From Macrostomum lignano (lineage: Eukaryota), in contig NIVC01001035.1 of the NCBI GenBank assembly GCA_002269645.1, positions 1-64,000 of the forward strand: a stretch of DNA of 64,000 nt. The letters are read 5' to 3'. Each line of letters begins with the position of its first letter. The first letter of the stretch is position 1. Shown here piece after piece: positions 1 to 10,600 of the stretch. The notes beneath the pieces were generated by a model that did not search any database, was not told the DNA's origin, and worked only from the letters and a program-made list of their open reading frames with translations. Both the position numbers and the translations under genes were made by a program.

Positions 1-3000
1 TGGAGTATGTGAGGTGGTGAAGAATCGGCGAATCCCTCTAACATCGAGCCGCTTATCACGCCTCAGTGGCCGCCAGTCTGGCTAAGCCAGCCTGCAGTTT
101 GGCGGCGCTCTCAAGGTCTCGAAGCCCGTTTAGATGATGCCAGTCTTAGCGCAGAATCTCTGCTACAGTTGGTTACGACTCTGAAGAATGAGAAACTACC
201 GTTAGATGCTAAGAAAGTTCGCTCTGTTATGGATCGATTGCTTAAAGACGATTCTAGCGCCGGGACAGTGGCTTGCGTCCTGCTCGCTGGACTGCGGATC
301 GGTTTGGATAAGGCTGACCTAGCCAAGTTCAAAGGCGATATGAAGGACGCCCTGCTGGCAGGCTGATGAGTCGGATGGACAGTATCTGTACTATGAATAA
401 GGGAGTCTACACCACTGCTTTGGTTACTGAGGCTCTGCTCAAGGTGACTTTTTGGCTGTTTTGATTGCGGCCCACATCCGCGAAGGACCTTGTAGGATGA
501 TAGCGGCCCACAGCCCGAAGGGCCTTGTAGGATGATAGCGGCCCACTGCCCGAAGGGCCTTGTAGGGTGATAGCGGCCCAAAGCCCGAAGGGCCTTGTAG
601 GGTGATAGCGGCCCAAAGCCCGAAGGGCCTTGTAGGGTGATAGCGGCCCACTGCCCGAAGGGCCTTGTAGGATGATAGCGGCCCACAGCCCGAAGGGCCT
701 TGTAGGGTGATAGCGGCCCAAAGCCCGAAGGGCCTTGTAGGGTGATAGCGGCCCACTGCCCGAAGGGCCTTGTAGGGTGATAGCGGCCCACTGGCCCGAA
801 GGGCCTTGTAGGATAATAGCGGCCCACTGCCCAAAAGGACCTTGTAGGGTGAGTGATAGCGGCCTACAGCCCGCGAAGGACCTTGTAGGGTGGTGAGTGA
901 TAGCGGCCCACAGCCCGAAAGACCTTGGAGGGTGAGCGATAGCGGCTCACAGCCCGAAGGACCTTGTAGGATGGGTGATAGCGCCCACTATTTAAAGGAT
1001 TTCGAAGAGGAAGGCGCGGTTGTCTCTCCATGAAGGGCCTTAGTCCCGATTTTCAAATGTCGGGATTGTAAATTGCAAAGTTTCCATCTAATCACAGCTA
1101 AAATCACTGTGTTTTGACCACCCAACCTCTCTTAAATAAAACCGCAGACCACCGACAAGCTGGGCGAAGCTGTGGCCCCAGCCGACAAGCTGGTGAAACT
1201 GGCCTTATCTGCTTAGCTCGTCGGCAGATTATCAGTTTAAATCGGCCGCCCAGCTGCTCGTGGCATTGAAATCGTTTGCCGATAGCAGCGTCCAATCGCC
1301 AGTTGTGCTGTTTTTGAAGAGCGGCGCCACTCTGTCCAAATCTAGCGGCTCCGGCGTGGTGTCCGTTCAACTAGCCGACGTCTGGGGCCGTCCAGTAAGC
1401 CGGCGCGGCGCCTCCATGACCCTGGCCAGCGCTAAAAACACTGGCAGCGGCGCCGTGTTTCTTAAAGACGCCGCCATGTCGGTTGCTTTAGCCTCTGAGC
1501 GTTCGGTTTTCAATATCGATTTTATGAAGGCTAAGCCTACTGTGGGATTCTATCAGCTGGCTGTGTCGGCTAAGTCTAGCGAGAAACGATTCCTATTCCC
1601 TGCTTCGATTGCTCTGCAAGTCAAGGTTGTGTCCACAGTTGCCGTGCAGTCTATGGAAGTGGCCGTGGCCGATCGGACCAGCAGTCGGCTCCCGTGCCGT
1701 CCCGTTAAGCGATGACCTATCCGGCCAAGGCTAAGAGTCAGCTGGAGGCCGATTCTCATCAGCGACTGTCTGCTAAGTTTCAGGTGAGTATTCGCTTTTT
1801 CTCTAGCACTACTCTGTTGGCTCAATTTGCTGCGATTTTAATTATATGGCTGTCCATTGTATACCACTTTTCTCCAATCCTATCCCTAATCAGATCACTA
1901 TGTCTGGCGACAACACTCCGGTAACTGTGCATCAGGCTTTTATCCGACTCAACCATCTGACCGCCAATAAAGAGGCCATCTTTGTTGCCGAGCCCGATAA
2001 AGACAAGGTGAGCTGAACTATATTGTCCACATAATTAAGCCCTAATAATTACTAGAATCTGCCCCCCCCAATAATCACCATAATCCGCCCCAATAATATC
2101 CGTAATCCGCCCATAATAAACTCCATAATCCGCCGCCAATAAATTCCATAATCCGTTCCCAATAAACTCCATAATCCGTTCCCAATAAACTCCATAATCC
2201 GCCCCTGACAAACTCCATAATCCGCCCCCATTAAACTCCATAATCCGCCCCCAATAAACTCGATAATCCGCCCCTGATAAACTCCATAATCCGCCCCCAA
2301 TAAACCCCATAATCCGCCCCAATAAACTCCATAATCCACCCCCAATAAACTCCATAAACCGGCCCAGCAATCACCACAATCCGCCCCAACAAACTCGATA
2401 TTCTGCCCCCAATAAAAACCACAATCCGCCCCAATAAAATCCACAATCCGCCCCAATTAAAATCCACAATCCGCCCCAATAAAATCCATAATCTGCCCAA
2501 TGAAATCCATAATCTGCCCCAATGAAATCCACAATCCGCCCCAATTAAAATCCACAATCCGCCCCAATAAAATCCATAATCTGCCCCAATGAAATCCATA
2601 ATCTGCCCCAATGAAATCCACAATCCGCCCCAATTAAAATCCACAATCCGCCCCAATAAAATCCACAATCCGCCCCAATAAAATCCATAATCCGCCCCAA
2701 TAAAATCCACAATCCGCCCCAATAAAATCCATAATTCGCCCCAATGAAATCCACAATCCGCCCCAATAAAATCCACAATCCGCCCCAATAAAATCCATAA
2801 TCCGCCCCAATGAAATCCACAATCCGCCCCAATAAAATCCATAATCTGCCCCAATAAAATCCATAATCCGCCCCAATGAAATCCATAATCTGCCCCAATG
2901 AAATCCATAATCTGCCCCAATGAAATCCACAATCCGCCCCAATTAAAATCCACAATCCGCCCCAATAAAATCCATAATCTGCCCCAATAAAATCCATAAT

Positions 3001-4115
3001 CCGCCCCAATGAAATCCATAATCTGCCCCAATGAAATCCATAATCTGCCCCAATGAAATCCACAATCCGCCCCAATTAAAATCCACAATCCGCCCCAATA
3101 AAATCCATAATCTGCCCCAATGAAATCCATAATCTGCCCCAATGAAATCCACAATCCGCCCCAATAAAATCCATAATCCGCCCCAATGAAATCCACAATC
3201 CGCCCCAATAAAATCCATAATCTGCCCCAATGAAATCCATAATCTGCCCCAATGAAATCCACAATCCGCCCCAATAAAATCCATAATCCGCCCCAATGAA
3301 ATCCACAATCCGCCCCAATAAAATCCATAATCCGCCCCAATGAAATCCACAATCCGCCCCAATAAAATCCATAATCCGCCCCAATGAAATCCACAATCCG
3401 CCCCAAAAAAGTCCATAATCCGCCCCAATTGAAATCCACAATCCGCCCCCAAAAGGGGCACCTACATCGCACTCAAGAATTGCCATCCAGAACCGCCCCT
3501 AACAAAAGCATCTCAACATAAAATTCGCCCCAGACGTACAAGTTCAGCGTTGACCTGGCCACCGGTGGCAAGAACCTGGACTACCTGTCCGGCCTATACG
3601 CCATGGAGTTAATCGTTGGCGATGCTCTGATTGACAAGTCTCTAGTTTGGCACCTGGCCGACGTGAAGCTGGACCTACCAGATGAAGCCAATAAGCCTGG
3701 CGCAGTTGCCACCCCGCAAGAGACCGAGCGAGCCGCTCTGAAGCCTAAGCCGGAGATTAAGCACGTGTTTAGGCAGCCGGACAAAATGGCACCGGCCTCT
3801 ATTGCTATGGGCTTCACCATCCTGTGCCTGGCTCCGCTAGCCATCTTACTAATCCTGTGGGCTTATCTCGGCGCTAATCTATCCGGATTTGTCACCTCAG
3901 TGCCGGCTCTATTGTTCCACATCGGCCTAGCCGGTATATTAATCCTATACTTCTTCTATTGGAGCTGTCTCAATATGTTTGAAACCCTGCGCTATCTGTG
4001 CCTATTGGGCGTGCCAACTTTTATCTGCGGCAATCGCCTGCTGAGATCGCTGGCCTCCGGCGGCTCTGGGGGTGAGAAGAAAATTGCCGAGCGAAAAAAA
4101 TGCTTAATGGATTGA
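1..4115 (+). CDS. RPN2: Ribophorin II (OST subunit 2), 5'-partial; exons <1..443, 1148..1783, 1894..2007, 3534..4115
   Basis: Recognisable RPN2 motifs: QADExDGQYLYYE, TYPAKAKSQLEADSHQ, HQAFIRL..EAIFVAEPD, LIVGDALI..SLVWHLADV, PKPEIKHVFRQPDK, then three hydrophobic C-terminal segments. All introns are phase-0 GT-AG. At least 7 frame changes are needed in the first 1.7 kb; exons 3-4 are clean. Confidence 0.93.
466..985. repeat. 35-bp minisatellite (AGCCCGAAGGGCCTTGTAGGRTGATAGCGGCCCAC), RPN2 intron
   Basis: Tandem copies read directly. Confidence 0.95.
2040..3465. repeat. 22-bp minisatellite (AATCCGCCCCAATAAAATCCAY), RPN2 intron
   Basis: About 60 tandem copies; source of the spurious GADYGFYWGGLW ORFs. 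Confidence 0.95.
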
Positions 4116-4474
4116 TAGACAATTGAAGTTTCGAACTATGCAGGCCTGTTTGGCTGGTTTATATTAATAGTTTTTTGGGGTCATTGTCTTTATTGTCTAT
4201 CATTAGTTTTGTTATAATAGGCTAGACCAAATTTATCGTTAACTAAATTTATTCTCGGTTGTCGTTGAAAATATTTATGTATTTTCTTCTTTCCCACTGT
4301 TTCGTGTTTCTACTCTATCTAAGGAGTGTTCTCTGTTTTATTAGCTGCTATGCATTGTTAAAGTCGCAATTATTGAAGCTAATATGTGCATTAAATTCCA
4401 TAGTTAGTGGTGACATTGCTTTACAATATTAATTTAGATGTTATGTACATCTAGATTAGATACACTAAAATGAT

Positions 4475-5070
4475 GTGGCGTTATTGTAATCTAGATTTGG
4501 CGCCACTGTAATCTAGATTTGGCGCCACTGTAAACTAGATTTGGCGGCATTGTAATCTAGATTTGGCGTCATGCAAGTCTAGATGTGGCGACGTTGTAAT
4601 CAAGATTTGGCGCCATTGTAATCTAGATTTGGCGCCACTGTAAACTAGATTTGGCGTCATGCAAGTCTAGATGTGGTGCCGTTGTAATCTAAATTTGGCG
4701 CCATTGTAATCTAGATTTGGCGCCATTGTAATCTAGATTTGGCGCCATTGTAATTTAGATTTGGCGCCATTGTAATCTAAATTTGGCGCCATTGTAATCT
4801 AGATTTGGCGCCATTGTAATCTAAATTTGGCGCCATTGTAATCTAGATTTGGCGCCATTGTAATCTAAATTTGGCGCCATTGAAATTTAGAATTGGAGCC
4901 ATTGTAATCTAGATTTGGCGTCATTGTAATTTAGATTTGGCGCCATTGAAATTTAGAATTGGCGCCATTGTAATTTGGATTTGGCGCATTGTAATCTAGT
5001 TTTGGTGTCATGCTAGTCTAGATTTGGCGTCATGCTAGTCTAAATTTGGCGCCATTCTAATCTAGATGTG
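4475..5070. repeat. 22-bp minisatellite (AATCTAGATTTGGCGCCATTGT)
   Basis: About 27 tandem copies. Confidence 0.95.
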
Positions 5071-6849
5071 GCACACTTCAACTCAACCTCTATATTAGAC
5101 TTGGGCTCCTTTCGAAATAGACATGGCGTGGATTAACCAAATTGCATACGGTGGCGACCTCCAGTTTTATTTTATTTGCTATAATAAAAAAGCGTTATCA
5201 ATCATTTAAACAAATCCATTCAGTTATGTTTGTCTATGTGCCAAAGTAAGTCCAACCATTTTCATTGCCTTTGCAGCCCCAGTTCGCTCGTAATATGTAA
5301 GATTATTTAATAAATAAAGTTACTCAAGCCTACTTATAGTAGTTGCTTAGTTTAATATCTTTTCTACGGCCAAAGCGGGTACGCTCCAGTCCGGTTCTTG
5401 TTTTTGCGTAAATTAATTTTAATTCATATTTATATTGAAATATTCTCTCAATTGTTTCTGTTGTCTTGCTTATAGCAGTGTCCCGATGTCTGTCTGTCTG
5501 CCTCTGTCTGTCTGTCATATTCTTGTTAGTTTTTTTAATGCTGACTTTTACTGGATTGTATTGAACGGAAAGTTTGCATTATTAAGGTTTGGATAGTAGC
5601 TCCCTAAGTAGGTTTGTCTTTGTAGTTTTTTAAGTAGTTTTAAGCAGATTTTGCTTAATTGTCTAACACGGTCTCTGGGTTACATTGATTGCATTATATT
5701 AAAATAAAATTACTAATTAAAAAATGTTAATAATTTCCTTTTGGTATGAAATTCTGTATAAGTGTTGTATGCCATATTCATATATATTAGTACGTTGCTT
5801 AGTATATTTATATGTTGTTTTGCGTTAATTGTTCGCTTTCCTAGAATTTGATTCACCTTAGCTTATTAGTATAGTTTTGAAGTAGTTTATCTCTCTCGCC
5901 GTTAAAAACAATTTTAGCCTTTTTTGCCTCTTGTTTGTTATCATTTGTAAGCATCAATCAATCTACGATATGGATCACAGAAGAACTACCGAGGATTCTG
6001 CAAATTAGATCTATAATTGTTACGAATTATAAAAAAAACTGAAGCATACATTGGTAGTCCTACTGTTGATCAGTGGTAGTATGCATAGCGCATGCCGGTT
6101 ATTTGGAAATTTTTTTGTCAATACACCAACCAAAAAAGGTCAATAAATGAAAAAAAGATTTTTTCGCTTCACATTTGAGATTGATTATACCAGTTGCAAT
6201 ATGTGTATGTCGGCTATGTTACATTTTCTTTTAACTAGAACAGGATGTACTCTTAATGTTCTTCTCTGCTTGTCTATTTCTGAATTTCTGGCTAAAACTG
6301 TTTCATTGCTTTTGTTTTCCTATATTATTCACACATTGTCTTAGTCAATACTGTCACTATTTGGCACTCTGTTAATTTTTTAGGGGTGAGTTGTAGTAGG
6401 TTATATTTGATTATTATTTCGTGTGATGCTAATTTGTATTTTGTTGAACAAATATATAACAAATTTGTCATCTTTTTGCTAAATAAAATTCGATTTCTAT
6501 TGACGGGCAGGCATATCGTGACTCTCAATGGTTCAAATTGACATGCTACCATTAGCCATTAACTGTTGCTAAATATTCTGCTGTTAGAGATTTTTTAAGG
6601 GAAATTGTTTCCTTTTTTAGTCCATAATTTTGCTGTTGTTCCCTGGTTAGGTCCTTGTTTAATGCCGACTTGTGACCAAACTTATAACATCTAAATTAAT
6701 ATCCATCATATATTAACATTATTGAAATATTATAAAATAAAGTGGGAATATATCTATTGTCCGTACTGACTGACTTTTTGATTTTGTCTTGTCTTGCTTT
6801 TTGGCTTGAATTTTGACCAAATTTTGTTTAGATAACACTTTGTCTTGCC

Positions 6850-7432
6850 TAAGTACCCTCAGTTCAGCACCCTCAGTACCCTCAGCACCCTAAGTACCCT
6901 CAGTACCCTCAGTTCAGCACCCCCAGTAGCCTCAGTTCAGCACCCCCAGTATCCTCAGTTCAGCACCCTCAGTACCCTCAGTTCAGCACCCTCAGTACCC
7001 TCAGTTCAGCACCCCCAGTAGCCTCAGTTCAGCACCCCCAGTATCCTCAGTTCAGCACCCTCAGTACCCTCAGTTCAGCACCCTCAGTACCCTCAGTTCA
7101 GCACCCCCAGTAGCCTCAGTTCAGCACCCCCAGTATCCTCAGTTCAGCACCCTCAGTACCCTCAGTTCAGCACCCTCAGTTCAGCACCCTCAGTACCCTC
7201 AGTTCAGCACCCTCAGCATCCTCAGTTCAGCACCCTCAGTACCCTCAGTTCAGCACCCCCAGTATCCTCAGTTCAGCACCCTCAGTATCCTCAGTTCAGC
7301 ACCCTCAGTATCCTCAGTTCAGCACCCTCAGTACCCTCAGTTCAGCACCCTCAGTACCCTCAGTTTAGCACCCTCAGTACCCTCAGTTCAGCACCCTCAG
7401 TACCCTCAGTTTAGCACCCTCAGTACCCTCAG
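6850..7432. repeat. 23-bp minisatellite (CAGTTCAGCACCCTCAGTACCCT) upstream of CPSF1
   Basis: Tandem copies read directly. Confidence 0.95.
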
Positions 7433-7617
7433 CTCAACCCCTCCAGCTCCGCATCTACGCCAATGCAGTTGTACAGTGGATTTATAACCTTCACGATGCA
7501 TTAGCCAGAATGAATCATTGTTACATTCTTATGTGCAATTTTATAAATATAACTATAAATATAATTGCTATCCGCTGCTATCGTTCACAGGTGGCGCACC
7601 TGTTGACGTCATCAAGC

Positions 7618-10600
7618 ATGTACAACATGAACAATCCTTATGGCATGCCGCCGCCTCAGCATATGGGCATGCCGCCTCCGCCACCGCCTCATCAAATGCC
7701 GCAAATGCAAATGCCGCCAATGATGATGCAGCATCAGCAACAGCAGCATCAGCAGCAGTACATGCCTCCTATGCCGCCTATGCATATGGCCTATCAGCAG
7801 ATGATGCAACAGCAGCCTCAGCATCACATGATGGCGCCGCCGCCAGTACAGTCTCCGATGTCTATGGCCGGTTTCCCTATGCAAATGCAGCAGCCGCCAA
7901 TGTCAATGCCAATGTCTACTATGCCTACTCAGATGCAGATGCCGCCGCCTGGGCAGATGTCTATGCCAGCAATGCCGATGTCTGTGCCGCCACCCGGTCA
8001 GCCAATCATGCATCAAATGCAGCAGCAGCGACCGATGCCTCCCACTTCTATGCCGCCGCCGCCGATGCAGTTTCCGACTCAGTCTCAGAGCAGTCAGCAG
8101 CAGCAGCAGCAGACGCCCGGATCTCAACAGCAGAATCCATCATATCAGCAGCAGTTGTCTTCAAGCTCAATGCCGTCAACTTTGCAGTCGTCACAACAGG
8201 TATCTATACCGTCAGTTGTTGCTGACTCAGCCGCTGCAGCCACCGTTGCGTCACCGATCGCTGTTGCGATGGAAACGCAGCAACAGCAGCGGCAGAACCA
8301 ACAGATACCGTCGCCTCCTCCATCGCCAACGTCAATCCTAGCAACAGACCACGTGTCGGCCTCGCAGACCACTCAGCAATACATTCAACAGAGTATATTT
8401 AAAAGTTATTCGCCAGATTTTCGAACCGTATTAAAAGAATTACATCCGCCTACGGCTGTTACTCATTGTTTATACTGTCGATTAATGTCGCCCAGAGACC
8501 AGCAGCTGCTAGTATTTAGCGGCCATCTGCTTCGTGTCTATCGCCTTGTAGAGGCCGGTACAGATGAACTTGGCGCCAATGCCGACGCCTCCCATAACAG
8601 CAGCGGCGGAGCAGCTCTTGACTTTGTCTACGGTGTTGAATTCTACTCACCCGTGCTAGATGCACTAGCCTTGCCAGCCACGTGTCTAGATAAACGCGAC
8701 TCGCTACTCTTAGCTTTTGAAGAGGCCAAATTGTCCGTTGTTGAATTCGACGATTCCACTAGAGAATTGCGGGCTACATCTTTGCACACGTACGAAGATG
8801 TCAAGTATAAAGATGCCAGACGCCAGTTCACCAGGCCGCCAATGCTTAGATTAGATCCGCAACGATCTTGCGTTGTTATGCTAGTCTATGACAAGCATCT
8901 GGCTGTGCTGCCGCTGCGCAGACAGCTAGTTGGCGTGCCCGAGCTCGACGCTAAACCAGCCGTTCTGCCGTCCTACGTTCTACCCTTATGGGATCAGGCT
9001 GAAGCTATTGTCAACGTAGCTGATGTACAGTTTCTTAATGGCTACTACGATCCGACTGTGTGCGTGTTGCACGAACCAATTGGCACTTGGAGTGGCCGGG
9101 TAACTGCTAGACACGACACTTACCGGATTACGGCTATGTCGCTAAATCCAAAGGATAGGGTGAGGCGATTGATTTTCTGATATTTTTATGGTACTGACCA
9201 CTTACCAGTAGGAGAAAAATGTATTTCCTAGGGTCTTCAAACTTTTTTACTTCGAGGGCCAGGTAGAGAACCTAGCGCATGACTGCGGGCCAGAGGATGG
9301 GAGAGTAGAAATGAGAGGAAGGGGGAGGGGAGGAGAGGAGAGAGCAGAGCAGAGAAAGAAGAGAAGGGGAGAGGAGGTAAGAGAAAGAGAGGATAAAAAA
9401 AGAGACGAGAAGGAGAAGAGAGAAGAGAGACGAGAAGGTAGAAGAGAAGAGATGAGAAGGTAGGAGAGAGGAGAGAGGAGAATGTAGGAGAGAAGAGAGA
9501 CTAGAAGGTAGAAGAGAAGAGATGAGAAGGTAGGAGAAAAGAGAGAGGAGAAGGTAGGAGAGAAGAGAGACGAGAAGGTAGGAGAGAAGAGATGAGAAGG
9601 TAGAAGAGAAGATATGAGAAGGTAGGAGAGAGGAGAGAGGAGAATGTAGGAGAGAAGAGAGACTAGAAGGTAGAAGAGAAGAGATGAGAAGGTAGGAGAG
9701 AAGAGATGAGAAGGTAGGAGAAAAGAGATGGGAGAAGGTAGGAGAGAAGAGAGACGAGAAGGTAGGAGAGAAGAGAGACGAGAAGGTAGGAGAGAAGAGA
9801 GAGGAGAAGGTAGGAGAGAAGAGAGACGAGAAGGTAGGATAGAAGAGAGAGGAGAAGGTAGGAGAGAAGAGAGAGGAGAAGGTAGGAGAGAAGAGAGACG
9901 AGAAGGTAGGATAGAAGAGAGAGGAGAAGGTAGGAGAGAAGAGAGACGAGAAGAGAGACGAGAAGGTAGGAGAGAAGAGATGAGAAGGTAGGAGAGAAGA
10001 GAGACGAGAAGGTAGGAGAAGAGAGAGAGAAGGTAGGAGAGAAGAGAGCTGAGAAGGCTAAATGTCCTGCAGGCCGAGCAGCTCAGCGATAAACCTGCTT
10101 GACTCTGGAGCCACGATCACAGCTGGTTCGAATCCGTTCGTAGTCACATTTGGTGATATTGTGCACTAGAAATTGGCCGAGACGATTAGAAAGTCAAGGA
10201 GCCGCTGTGCACCCTATGTGAGCGTGACTGTACAGAATTGGCGCTCTTGCATGTGCTCAGGATCCAGTGGAATGGACAGAATTGCCGTCAGCACTGGTTG
10301 CGGTATCAACTCATTCCTTCATTTTTCTCCCCGCAGACAAATCCAATAATCTGGTCTCAAGCCGGCCTACCATTCGATTGCTTCGCTCTGCTTCCAGTGC
10401 CCAAGCCGATTGGCGGCCTAGTTGTATTGGCCCGAAACAGCGTTATCTATCTGAATCAGAGCCAGAGACCCACCGGCTTAGCTTTGAATAGCAACATTAA
10501 TAATAGTACCAGCTTTCCATTGCGCAGAGTCTATCCGCCAACGCCTCGTCTGAGTCTGGACGGCGGCAAAGCAATATTCTTGCCAAACACTGGCGGCCGG

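Noticed and set aside
363-369. CTGATGA hammerhead-like core (also at 62963)
   Set aside because: No stem II plus GAAA and no flanking stems; the first lies in the RPN2 QADE codons
111-3486. Long minus-strand ORFs (111..827, 2231..3472 and overlapping ones)
   Set aside because: Periodic translations of the 35-bp and 22-bp intronic arrays
7518-8225. 235-aa Ala-rich overlapping ORF
   Set aside because: Shifted-frame shadow of the CAG/CCG-rich CPSF1 extension
10075-10150. Possible tRNA gene (also 13600-14060)
   Set aside because: Boxes are present but there is no closable cloverleaf or acceptor stem, and it continues into a shared SINE body
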